DNA of 64,000 bases, from NCBI RefSeq assembly GCF_964204645.1, contig NC_134028.1:10726001-10790000 (forward strand), in the 5' to 3' direction. The translations under genes were made by a program, and so were the position numbers. Below, piece by piece: positions 38,518-60,439 of the stretch (its first letter is position 1; each line of letters starts with the position of its first letter). Source of the stretch: Tubulanus polymorphus (lineage: Eukaryota > Animalia > Nemertea). The notes beneath the pieces are model-generated. The model ran no database searches. It saw only the letters and a list, made by a program, of their open reading frames with translations, and had not been told where the DNA came from.

Positions 38518-39239
38518 ATGGTCTCGGCAATTAGGAATTAAATCACAAGAATATAAAAAAGCTGTAAAAGAAAAATAAGTAATAAAAATGTTAATAAAAA
38601 TGGTGAAAATATTGTTATTTCTACTCCTTCTAATAATAGAATATTTGATAAATGTCTATATTTTACAGTTGGATTTGTAATTGTATTCATTTTGATTGGG
38701 TGTAATTGGTATAAGAAATCTAATAAAATTCATGATATTTATAATTCTGAAACAACTGCTATCAAAAATGAAAATACTTCTGAAATTCCAAAATTGATAA
38801 TAAAAAAAATCGATTAATATTTTAGAAAAAAAGCAAAAAAATAATTGAATATCTCACTACTTTTGTCTATCTATGCGGAGCAATTAAATTGTCCAGATAA
38901 GTCATTTCGGATTCTAGATATTCATTGTTTTTATTAATTCATTTTGTTTTTTTAATTTGAAGTTTTTACTTGAATATTGTATTACAGTCGTTTCTTATTA
39001 TTAGTTTTTTCTTAAATTGAAAGATGGCAGCACTGGGCGTGATGCTAAATGTATATTTGAATTTGAATTTGTTAATCAATTAACATGGTAATTGATTACT
39101 AATTTGATTAAAAATTATATCATAATTAAGTTAAAAATCCATAATTCATTCATCAGTTTTCATTCCTATATTCTTTTCATTCGGAATAATTTATAATTTC
39201 AAATTTCATATATTTCTTTAGTAAACACCAACAACATTT

Positions 39240-39531
39240 ACCGCCGCCGGGCTTGGCTTGCAGGGGCATTTCGAAAATGCACCTTTGTCCACCCTCCGTG
39301 GTTCTCCTTCAGTTTCGACTTTCGATGCTCCTTTCGGGGATAAGGGGTTGATAGGAAATGCATTAGGCGCCTTTAATATAATGTGTTTCCTGTCAACCAT
39401 TGAAGGAGAATTGGTGAGGTGTGGGTCACAGGGGTGTAAGTAGAAATGCTTGGGGATAGGTATCTCGTGGCGCCTCTCACTAACGGGATGCTTATCCCCT
39501 AAAAACTCTGCGAGTCAAGTCGGGTGGTTTT
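39240..39531 (+). ncRNA. Putative structured non-coding RNA inside the Polinton
   Basis: Six long helices with ~17 G-U pairs and no A-C pairs, a UUCG hairpin, two GGCGCC loops and a terminal TTTT. Confidence 0.65.
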
Positions 39532-40124
39532 GCTAAAACTTACCTTGAAAACTGAATTCCTTTTAATCACTAGAGAGAGAATGTATCCTGTGTGTGTTGT
39601 ATGTATTGCGTGCTTATTATATAACTGCTAGCTATCCAATATAACAACAACGTTGAATTGCAACACCTTTTTGATCGATCAATATTCAAATGAAGCACTC
39701 TCTTATAATAACATGTAACAGATGTTTGACTGGTATGATTGTAGTTGTTCGTAAAACGACTAAGGTCATTTTGGATTCTAGATATTCATTATTTTTATTT
39801 TTTATTTAATCAACAATTTCTAAATCATGATGACCGTCTTCCTTTTTTCCATGATAGATTATTTTAAATCCTTCTAAATCTTTTAATTCCTCTGTACTCA
39901 ATGAAACCCATTTATCAGGTCAAATAATTTAAATTCTTGCGATGTACTAACATTGCAGTAGCTTAAATTAGAAGATACTTTCTCTCCATATTTAGTTTTT
40001 ATCTTTTCTAATTTCAATATTTTATGTTCAATTTCTTTTGTAACATCAACTAACTTTTTTATTTCAAATTTTTTTGTTTGCTGGTTTTATTCTGTTATTT
40101 ATTATTGCTAAGAATGCTTTTCTA

Positions 40125-40217
40125 TCTCCCATTTATAAGGAAAGAAAATTACTTGTGGTGATGAGTGGTGTCTCGTACTCTCGTACTCTGATCTGAAAGC
40201 CTACTTTTCCAATTACT
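40125..40217 (-). repeat. Polinton right TIR
   Basis: Matches left TIR apart from an 8-bp duplication (CTCGTACT) and a few substitutions; ends ACT. Confidence 0.9.
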
Positions 40218-41173
40218 GGAATGTATTGACGGGAATATTAATTACATCAATATTAGCCTTACTGCATATTCATGTAATCCTCATTTCTGAGCAACTTCAT
40301 AAGACAAATCCCAATGCCCTGACACTGCCACAAAGAAATAAGACACGGCTACCTTTACAATACCATGACTAATTGTTAATTTTCCTAAATTTTAGTCAAG
40401 GTGTTGAATATGCAGTTATCTTATTTGACTACTACTTAACACTAATTGCACCCATTTGGGGTGACTCGGGATGCGATATGGTGTCACTTGGGACGTCCCA
40501 AGTCACTCCAAATGGGTGCATACTTCTGTAAGGTTGGGATACACAAATTATGGTTAGAAACCCAGGTTCTAGATATTTTTCTATTTATGTAAGAGTTTAT
40601 ACAATTGCGAGATTGAGAATTTTTTTGCTTACTTCATTGAACTAGTGAAGTAGGAATTTTCCGATATTTCTTTTTTACATATTTCCTTCCATTTTTTGCC
40701 TTTACTATTTAACCACCATAAGATTGTCTGATAGTTATTTATCATGAAGTCATTATGTTTATGGTCTAGAACGTCCCGAAAGCATTATAAATCCGGAAAC
40801 ACGTGCTACATCTACTTGCCTTATTGTAATATGAAGTCAGCCATCTTTGTCTCGAGTCACCCAGTTGTCCCAAGTCAACCCATTTTATGGCATGCTTTGT
40901 AGAGCGATGCAACGCGGTACTGGAATGTCCCACCTACGATACGGGTACATATATTAGTGTTTAACGTTTATAACCTTTACGGAAAGAGGTCATGGTCAAG
41001 TGAAGCGCTTAGCAGCAGCTGCTTGAGTCTCCTCAAAGATCGCCTGTTTTCTACTTTCTGTGATCTTGTAATGTGCTAAGTGATAAGGATATCAGTGTTA
41101 CTTTTTTGGCAGACTCAAATGGATTACTGTTAGACTGATCTGTTACATTTTCTGGTTTCAATTTCTGGATATA

Positions 41174-44100
41174 GTGTCAGCCATGTTTTGGTGTATATAC
41201 AATTCAGCTATGCACCAGTATACAAGAACTGAGCTATTGAACTTGAAGAGGTCAAAAGGTGCAGACACTATACCTGATGATGTGTTTGCCTATTTGAAGG
41301 TGTTAACGTGCAAAAGGCAGTCAACAAGGCGTGGAACAAGGGGTGGAAGACATGTAAAGAATTAATTGAATTGAATTGAATTGTGAAATTGTTCATGAAA
41401 CTGTTAGTGTGGAATGCTAGATCATTGAGTGATAAAGTGACACCATTATGTGAAGTAGTTAAATATTACAAAACTGATATAATAGCTTTGACTGAAACAT
41501 GGCTAAAGGGAAATGAAAGTGACAATGTTACTCTGTCTGCTTTGGAGACTGAATTGCCTGGTTTAACCTTCATTCATAGGCCTCGCAAAACAAAGTGTGG
41601 AAGCGGTGTTGCAGTCTTAACCCACCAAGGATTACATGTAAAGAAACTCAAGACACCAAGCTTCAAATATTTTGAATGTCTGGATCTCTCTGTGACCTGT
41701 GGCCCTGAAACTATTCGTTTCATTACCATTTACAGACCTGATCCACATCCCCGTCACTTATCTGAGTTTTTTTAGGAATTTAGTTCATTACTAGAGCAAG
41801 TTGTGATTTCCACGAAGCATGTAGTGATAACTGGGGATTTCAACATCCACATGGATAAAGTTACTGACACTTATGTTATAAGGATGAACGATTTGCTGGA
41901 TCGGTTTAATTTTACTCAGCATGTTGGTATACCTACCCATATACGAGGTCACACACTTGATCTTATTTTGACACGGAGTGATGATAAGTTCGTTGGTGGT
42001 ATATCTTCAGATCAATCACTTCCAACCGACAATTTTGCACTAATCAGTTCTATGAGATTGGCAAAACCGCTGGTCCCGAAGAGAACTGTAACTTATCGTA
42101 GAATAAATAAGATCGACAACCCAAGCCTTGCTGAGAGTATTGAGAAATCAAAGCTTGTGACTGAGCCAAGTGATGATCTGAATACCCTTTTTGAACAATA
42201 TGATTCAATCTTAGGCAAAAAAAAATTGATACCTTGTTTCTCCGCTCTGCTGAGCTTAAATGTTGACCCGGCCGGCCGCCTATCTACCCTATACATTACT
42301 TTTTTTTAAATCGTGATCAATTTCACCATAACAGATCCGGCCGCTATAGAAATGAACTGTTTATAAATTTTATCATATTTTACAAAAATGACCCGGCCGC
42401 TGCGGAGAAACAAGGTATCATTTTTGTTTAGCCTTAAGGAGCGTTTTAGACACTCATGCACCTGTAGTCAGTCGCACTGTGGTCGATAGAAATGATACCC
42501 CATGGGACACCGACGAAATTCACCAAGCTAGGAGAATCCGGCGTCGTCTTGTGAGAAAATGGAGAAAACAGCGAACAGAGATATCGAGACAGCTGTACCG
42601 TGAACAGAGTCGTGTTGTCTGTGATCTTGTCTACAGCGCTAAACAAAGTTTCCACAGAGCTCGCATAGATAATAGCTCGGATAAGGATTTGTTTAAGATA
42701 GTGAATGATCTTCTTGGGAAGAAATCAGTTTCACCCCTTCCTGACCATTTGGACGATAAGGAGCTGGCAGATAGGTTCAACAAGTTCTTTCAGGAGAAAG
42801 TTCTGAATATATGTTCTCGTTTTGACTCCATCGAGACAAGGAGTGTAGATGCTTTAAATGATTGTGAAGAGTTAAATGTTTTTACTCTCTGTACTGAGAG
42901 TGAGGTCAGAAAGATTGTTGTCTCTCTTCCTCCTAAGAGTTGTGCACTTGATCCAATCCCGACGGCTTTGTTGAAAAAATGTCTCGATTGTCTTCTGCCT
43001 GTCCTGGTTAGAATTATTAATCTATCGACGCAGTGTGGCCGCTTTCCCGCTCAATTCAAGTTCGCCTTAGTAAAACCACTGCTGAAAAAAGCCAACTCTT
43101 GACAAGGAAGTGCTTGGTAACTATAGACCGGTGTCTAATTTATCATTTTTGTCAAAACTTGTCGAACGTGTTGTCGCAGTACGTCTGTACACTCGAGGAA
43201 TATGTTGAGGAATGATTTATTCGATCCTCGTCAATCCGCATATCGTCAAAATCACAACACGGAGACTGTGATGCTGAGTGTTGTAGACCAGATTCTTACA
43301 GCCTTGGATGCTGGTGATGAGATCATTCTTGTTCTATTAGACATGTCTGCAGCTTTCGACTGTTAACCATAAAATTCTCGGTGATCGGCTTCGATCCCGG
43401 AATCGTTTGAGTGGGCCAGTGTTACGATGGTTTGGATCTTATCTGTCTGGACGTAATGTTGCGGTGTCCATAGCCAGTAGTGTTTCTGAATGTATATCGC
43501 ATATTCATGGCGTACCACAAGGTTCTGTGCTGGGACCTCTTTTATTCACGGTATACACGCGTCCATTGGGGGACCCCATTGATGCCCATAGTGTATCTCG
43601 TCATTAAACGTGGTGATTCAAAGTTGAAAGTTGAACAGGTAGAATCGTGTATCGTTGATGTTGGTTCCTGGTTGCATAACAGTTCTCGTGCTTTGAATGC
43701 TCCTAAGACTGATATGTGCAACATAGTGTCACGTCGTAGAACAGGTTCGGTTCCATCTATTGTGATTAGTGATGTTCCAATCCTCGAGTCGGACTCAGTG
43801 AGGGACCTTGGTGTCTTGATTGACAAGAACATGAATATGCAAGTGCCTATCCAATCTTTGTGTAGAGCTGCATATGCGAAGCTGTTCGGCAACTCGCGGA
43901 TCCGTAAATTTTTGGATACGGCTTGCCTACAACGTTTGGTTCATGCATTTGTGAGTTAGCTTATTGATTACAACAATGGTAAACTTTATGGTCTCCCGGC
44001 AAAATAAATCGCTCAACTACAACGCGTCCAGAATTCGGCTGCACGATCGATATGTTGCAAGAGAAAGTATGATCATGTCACGCCACTGCTTATTCAATTA

Positions 44101-44490
44101 CATTGGTTGCCAGTCAGTGCCCATATCAAGTTCAAAATATTACTCACTGTATTCAAGTGTGTAAATGGCTTGGCACCACAGTATTTGCAGGACATTTTGA
44201 CAAGACCGGAACCAGTCCGAATTACCAGATCAGTTTATTCTGACAATTTTATGGTTCAGCGCACAAAAACTTGCCTTGGTGACAGGGCCTTTTCAGTGTG
44301 CGGCCCTAAACTGTGGAACAGTCTTCCATCGGAACTTAAGTCTGCCAAATCCGTTGACAGTTTCAAAACCATGTTAAAGTCCTGGCTGTTTAAAGAACAC
44401 TTCACCACCAAGAGATAGCGCTTTGAACACGTATATTGTGGAAAGGCGCTATAGTTAAAAGACACTATAAGTATGTATATGTGTATTTGA
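41174..44490 (+). mobile_element. Decayed non-LTR retrotransposon (L2/CR1 group), APE endonuclease + RT
   Basis: WNARSL, LTETWL, GDFNIH, GHTLDLI, GVPQGSVLGPLLF, LHWLP..KFK, GDRAFSV.GPKLWNSLP; YADD region deleted; many stops. Confidence 0.88.
42214..42433. mobile_element. PIF/Harbinger-type MITE inserted in the LINE
   Basis: TIR GGC..AAAA.TGATACCTTGTTTCTCCGC; TSD TTA; removal restores LINE frame DSILRSVLDTHAP. Confidence 0.88.
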
Positions 44491-45999
44491 ATTAATGCTC
44501 TACCTTTTCTTTCTACAATCATGTCTTAAGTTTATTCGCTGAAAAAGAAACGTTGCAGAGATGTACGTCTGACGATTTGAGGTAAACTGCAGTGATTCGT
44601 GATATCTAACGCATTTTTCATGTACGTAAGGTAGGAGCACAAAACAGAAAAGTCATGTATACTGATCCACAGCTAGATTTTCGTAGTATTTGAAAATATT
44701 TCGTAGTATTTAGAAATGTTCTTAATGTTGTTTCCGTATGCGTGGGGGTTACGTTAAAGCCGTCAGACAAGAACGTACTAGTAGTAAGAATTACGAAAGT
44801 TCTTGTTTGATGCTTTCATCTACCAACGCAAACCATAAATCAGTCTATAAACAACAATTCTTTCTCGGTTCTTCTGCTGTGAGATATGGCAAACATTCAG
44901 AAAATCTTTATATAAAACTTTTAAATAGTTGGAACCATATTTGGTTGGGTCGGAACAATGGAGTGTATTTATAATGAGGCTCGTGAAGGGATCACGCTGA
45001 TACTTGATGATATTCCCGGCTACTTTCCGTAAAAGGAAAAACCGGAAGTTTAGGAAGATGTGGTTGTTTTGCTTATCCTGTATTAAAATAGAATTAGTTA
45101 AATTGTAGATAAAATAATTAGTATAAGTATTTCAAATAATTTAAGAATTGATAATCAATCACAATGTATTCCGAATCGTAGTTAATTATAATAATTAAAA
45201 AAGAAACAATGAATTTGTACTGTAATTAGAAAAGAAAACAAAGTTTTGAAAAGATATTTAATTTGAGTAATCTAGATGTTGTTTAAGAACAAATTGTTAA
45301 TAATCGCTAATGTTTTAGAAAAATTAATTTGTGTTAAATGTTAAAACTAGCTGTCTGAAGTTTCTGTTGTCTGTATGCGCTCGTTGGTAATTCACAGACA
45401 ATAGCTGCTCTCTCAACAACGACTAGCAAGGAGTGAGTAAATCACAACGCGTCATGACAGGAGGGTTGGAAGGAAATAGTTAGTTTAGCAAATCAGTTTT
45501 GAAAATAATTTTAGATCAGCGAATCATTAAGGCCAAATTCTATATGACCAAAACAGTAAGGTTGCTGCTCCTTGCCAAAAGTCGAGTGGGAGAGTCGGTA
45601 TTTTAAGAATGCAGATTCTTTCTATAAAAGGGACCCGCATCTTGAGAGAGCAGTCAATCGGGAGAATCTGTACCTTAGTAAGACGAGTGTCGACAGCAGG
45701 ACAGGAGAAGCTTCGGAACGATAGGGATTCATATACAATAGGGATTAGGAAAATCATTCTTTGTTCAAGGTAAATAAAATATATTATCTTCAATATTATC
45801 ATCCGGTATTTCAATTTATTCATTCGGATTTGTGCACGGACACGTTCTCTCGCCAGGGCCTTACTCAAGTATTTTATAGATAACGATTAAAGAGAGGATT
45901 GTGACCGGTGTATCAATACAAAAGGTAAGACCTCAAAATTGTTGTCATTTTCATGCGTACATACTTTATGGACGGCCCCTTATTCGATGAACCTTCAAC

Positions 46000-46410
46000 T
46001 TCCTTAGCAATGACCTCCTTGTACAACTATATAAGAGCCTCATGCGTCCTATACTTGAGTACGGACACACTTGTGTGACAGCATCACAAAACCCTTTGTA
46101 GTGAGGTGCAGGACGTTCAGGGAGGCAACCAGGCTGTTGGCAACCTTCAGGGATATGATGTTAACAGGATGGATTATTAAGTCGTACCCCGAAAGACTGG
46201 CGATACTGTGACTACCCACCCTTTAAAGCAACGCAGGCACAGAAGTGATATGATTGATCTCTATAAGTTTATATATGGGGATATACGATTCAGATCAACC
46301 ATACTTCGAGATCATCGGTGACCCCATAACCAGGAAGAACAGTCTCAGGATCACCAAACAATACTGTAGGTTAGTCCTTCACCGCGGAACTTTCTCTTGG
46401 TGGTTGGTTA
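46000..46410 (+). mobile_element. 3' fragment of a CR1-like LINE
   Basis: LVQLYKSLMRPILEYG and SYPERLAIL motifs. Confidence 0.6.
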
Positions 46411-46414
46411 ATAT

Positions 46415-47204
46415 CACTGGGGTTTGGCGATGGGCTTGGATTTTATTTCCGGGTTGTTGATAATCTCGCGCGAGAATGGTGCTAAATATGAACTGCGAAT
46501 AAATTCAAGATATCACGGAAATACCTTGTGTTTATATTGTTTATTTATCCGCTATAAAGTTTCGATAAACAATTGGTCGTTAAGAATCATTATCAGACGG
46601 TCGTCACGCTTTACTATATAAAATCACAAGGGATGAAACGCCAGGCCTCCGCTGTACTTAAATTTTCAGCCAGAAAGTTGGGACAGTCACGTGACATTCT
46701 GATGACGTCATCGCATTTAAAACTTCAACACGAAAAGTTAACATATTCACAGACCGATATCAATTGTCAGATTATAATTCATATGAAATAAATTATTTAT
46801 AAGGAATAAATTATGATGAAATATATAATTCATAGTAAAAAAATGCATTTGAATGTAAGTTATTCTCAAATATTTTTCGTATCATAGTTTCCATCTTATA
46901 TCTCAGCTTCGCGTTCAGTCAAATAAGAAGCGTTAAGTCACGTGACTGTCCCAACTTTCTGGCTGGCACAATTCTGAAGGCGTTTCATCCCTTGTGATTT
47001 TATATAGTAAAGCGTGACGACCGTCTGATAATGATTCTTAACGACCAATTGTTTATCGAAACTTTATAGCGGATAAATAAACAATATAAACACAAGGTAT
47101 TTCCGTGATATTTTGAATTTATTCGCAGTTCATATTTAGCGCCATTCTCGCGAGATTATCAACAACCCGGAAATAAAATCCAAGCCCATCGCCAAACCCC
47201 TGTG
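46415..47204. mobile_element. Foldback/MITE with ~280-bp TIRs
   Basis: 46415-~46695 is the reverse complement of ~46937-47204; CAC(T/A)GGGG termini; no clear TSD. Confidence 0.75.
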
Positions 47205-47372
47205 CTCAGGGCTGCATTCAATTTCAGCTGGGATTTCTTCAGATATAATATACTAGAAAACCATCCACACGAAAATACAACAAAAGTCTATTAGAATAAA
47301 TAGTAATTTAATTTCAGATGAAATTCACAATATATACATGTAATTGTTACATTACATAACTAACCCCAGTAA

Positions 47373-47592
47373 GGCTAAACAAAAATGATACCTTGTTTCT
47401 CCGCAGCGGCCGGGTCATTTTTGTAAAATATGATAAAATTTATAAACAGTTCATTTCTATAGCGGCCGGGTCTGTTATGGTGAAATTGATCACGATTTTA
47501 AAAAAAGTAATGTATAGGGTAGATAGGCGGCCGGCCGGGTCAACATTTAAACTCAGCAGAGCGGAGAAACAAGGTATCAATTTTTTTTGGCC
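47373..47592. mobile_element. Second copy of the same 220-bp MITE (opposite orientation)
   Basis: Near-identical to 42214-42433; TSD TAA; related terminus at 62396. Confidence 0.88.
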
Positions 47593-48656
47593 TAAGCTCT
47601 GGTGCATACTCGGAAGTAGAATAAAAGGTGATAGCTTGAAGGAAGTTCAGTGTAACCAGTGTAAATAAGGACCCAGTTGCAGTTTGTGAAGGAGTTAAAT
47701 AATTGTAAATTAACTACGTAATTTAAACACTAGCCTGAAAAACATAGCCTAACCGAGAACTCAGGAACTGGATCCTGGTTACTTCGTACTTGGTAATTTC
47801 TGCAGGTGAATTGAGAAACATAATGGCAAAACAGCTTGTATTACGGACAGTTTTTTTTTCCCTAGGTTGAAAGGAGGATGGTATAAAAAGCTTTCGACAA
47901 TTTTTTGAGACAAGTTTCAGTGACAAGCCAAAGGAGGAGGATGAAATAATGAAAGTAGAATTGTGCCTAAATTCTTGGAGGAGCAAAAAATGAAAATAAC
48001 ATTAAGCTTTTTTCAGGAAGGAGCAGAAAAAATAAATATAAATAAAGATAAAATATATGGATATTTCATAAGGAATCCATCTGGCCATATACGGTGGCAA
48101 ATGTATAACATTTTAATTGTTGTGGTTTGATTAAATTTCGTAAATGTTTTTCATAGTCAAGAGATTCATTTGTACAGCAGGGTCAATGAATAGAGGGTCA
48201 AATACTCGAAAACTTCATCGTAGATTGCTATGAAAATAAAAATGTTTAGGCTAATTCAGCCGCTTCCCTACCTTGTAATCTACAACAGAGTCTTTTACAG
48301 AGATCATCCTCATTCCGGAAATTCCCGGAGACGGTGTCCATAATTCAAGCTTTTTCTAAAAATGGGCCTTATTCAGAAATAAATTTCATGAAAAACTCAG
48401 CTGAGAAATTTTTTGGGGGATAATAAAGTAGGGAGTAGAAAACATAAAATACAGAATAAAAAATAAATCTTCCGAAAGTGTCATCCTATAGAAAACATAA
48501 AATGGTGATTTTCAAACTGGAAGAGTTAACTCCTAACATGATTGACACCTGAACCACCAATAGATACTGATTGCCACAGAAACCAACAGAAATCTGCATG
48601 AGATATTACTCAACATCAACAACTTTAACCGCTGATATTTTAACATGTTATATAAC

Positions 48657-48838
48657 TACAGTAGTCAACCCCGATACACCACCCATATTGGTGCAGAACA
48701 ATTTTGGCGGTATGAAGAGTATGGGGATATATTGGGGGTGTTTTATTTTGTATTTGTATTGAGACGTACATTGAGAAAACCTGGCGATGGGCAGGGGTGG
48801 CGGTACATGGGAGGGCGGTATATCGGGGGTTGACTGTA
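48657..48838. mobile_element. Tc1/pogo-type MITE
   Basis: AGTCAACCCCGATA / TATCGGGGGTTGACTG TIRs with TA flanks. Confidence 0.55.
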
Positions 48839-51333
48839 CTACTGTATAATATTAATTCTAATTTGTCATAGTTTCTTTGAAAAAAAAAAATTAGTTCTGT
48901 CTGAGACAGATACAGACTAGAGAACCTGCTACAGCAACAGCCAGGATACAGATAGACATCTGCCAGATACAAACAGGAGTCATTAGGCCACTTTGAAGTT
49001 GATGCATAGTTTCTCACAAAAAATTTTTGAAAATGTGACAAGGGTAGGTAAAAATATCCTTCCACTATGACGTTATTTCCATCGAAAAAATCATTACAGC
49101 CATTCGAAGAGGCTGTACAACGTTCGATTCTTTCACCACTAACACTAAGGAAATTGCATCCAGCAAACGACTCCAAAACATTGGTGTGGGCAGATTTTAA
49201 TTTTGATAAAAGAGGCGAGTTACTATTTTTCAATGCACGAGTGCGAATTCTATTTATTTCATTTCATTGGATTATTTGAGTGACACGTGCAGTTTCAGAA
49301 TTGACGAGAAACTAGGAATCAACTTTCAGTGGCCTACGATCCTGGGAGGAGCAATGTAGTTTACGAATTTGACAAGTGTAGCCTATTAGATTTTTACTTT
49401 CTACCACCTTATTGTATATATTACGTACAGAACTGCGTATATTATGGTATGAAGTTACCTTTAGACATATGCATCTGTCAGCGTTACACATTGACTAGAA
49501 TTTCAACTTATTACCGAAAGTCTTATAACCAAAGAATGATATAATAAAGTTAATTTTATGATCAACAGTGCTGAGCTCCAATATTTTCAGTACAACTATT
49601 ACAATCAAGTTTTGGTTCTTAGAATTAAGTTATGCCAAAGTACAACCAAGTATGTATTATCTCACAGTACTCACATTATTTACAGTCAACCTCGGTTAAT
49701 CAAACACCAGTTAAACCACATAAGTGCTTATTTCATATAAATTGGTCCCACTTAAAGTTATTCCCTTTAAATTTCTGTGTCTAATTCTTACCCCATAATC
49801 AGCATTTTCACTTATTCTGTCTGTACAATGGGGACCATATTCATTTGAGAAACTCTGCAAAACACTGAAACTAATCGATCAAGTCATTATCTCTGGCTTT
49901 TTTTAATAATGCTGAGTCTGTTATTCTAAGACTCTTCTCGAGTCCATAAGTTTTTTTGGTCCAGACACTAAAAGCATCCTATGCAGAAGCAGCTCTATAT
50001 GTTAATAGCAGATAGACCAGCAGAGACCAGTGTGTACTTGTAATTCTAAGACACATAATAACACATGCTGACTGTCTTAAACCTCCCACCTCTATTTAGC
50101 CTAATGATGGTGCATAGCTCAAAGGGCATATGCCATCAAAATTGTAATTACCGTGATTACTTAACCACATGGAACTTCAGCAACCTGAGATGTAACTGAT
50201 CGAAAAAAAGTTTATCTTACCCCCGGTATTAGCCGTAAATTAGTCATTTATTTATCCTTCACTTTGTGTATGTAGTTCACATACAACCCGTAGTGGCGCT
50301 ATTTATGATGTTATCTATGACAATCAACACAAGCACGTGTGTGTCCGTGTTTATCACCTCAAGTATAACAGTAGCAACAGTATACAATGGCAACAGTTTA
50401 TCAATTCAACACACTTCTAAAAGGATAAAATACCCTATGAAATTTCAAGTGAAATGACTGGAAACCGTGGAGCGCTTGTCAGAGATGACGTCAGAAATAC
50501 GCACCTGCTGACATTACAGTGAGCACTTGCTGAAATTGCCAATTTAGAAGTCATATTTCTCTGTAATGACTAAACTCAAATTCAAACCAAAAGCATATTT
50601 GATATTTGTGAATATATCACATTTGAAAATAACTTTTAAACAATATGCTATTTTTATGGCATAAACCCTTTTAGATTGCTTTCCTGTGTCCCAAGTTGTT
50701 GACGAGAGGCAATATAAACACTGGTCAATCGGATATTGTACATCTTTTAACCAGATATAGTACTGGTTTGCCCTTAAACCATTGTTATTACAGGTTTTAT
50801 ATTAAATTTTAGAATTACGGATTATCTGTTTTCCATACATCCGTATCTGTACTAAAAAGGCCTGCAGTGATACGTATTAACCGAGGTTATGAATAAACGC
50901 CACAATTTAGTGAAGTAGAATTTGCCAGTTTTAACATTAACAGATAAATCAGCAGTTGTATACCAGTTATGTACTATGTGGCTCATAATAAACATCTTAT
51001 GTAGTTTTCCTTCTGAAAAATATGTAAATGGCAAAATTATAAAATCATGTAAACATAGATATACTAATACAGGGTATATTGGAAATCAATAAAACACCAA
51101 GGGCAGATTTAGGGGCCCCCTACTTTTTGCCAAGATAACATAATAGAAAGGTAATTTTGTTTTAGAATCACTCTAAATATTCAGAAAATTTTTTTTCTTC
51201 AAATTTCCTCGAATACACTTTACACATTTGTCACATGTTGTTCGCATACTAAAATATATATACAACTTGGTCTAGTAAGTTTTGGGCAAAACTATTCTTA
51301 TTCTGGATCCGCCCTGACCACTAACCTTTTAAT

Positions 51334-60439
<9,106 letters not shown>

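Larger units (their letters stand above)
18508..40217 (+). mobile_element. Full-length Polinton/Maverick (polintovirus), decayed ORFs; ~17 kb without the Penelope insert
   Basis: TIRs AGTAATTGGAAAAGT... (18508-~18592) and their reverse complement (~40125-40217). 6-bp TSD GGAATG at 18502-18507 and 40218-40223. Encodes pPolB, RVE integrase, A32-like ATPase and capsid-like genes. Confidence 0.95.

Noticed and set aside
39240-39531. SRP (7SL) RNA, suggested by GCCGGGC near the start, ~300 nt length and TTTT end
   Set aside because: No SRP helix-8 or Alu-domain consensus; no hammerhead core either
44520-51300. Many short ORFs (60-197 aa) in intergenic DNA
   Set aside because: No recognisable motifs; they overlap MITEs or are chance ORFs
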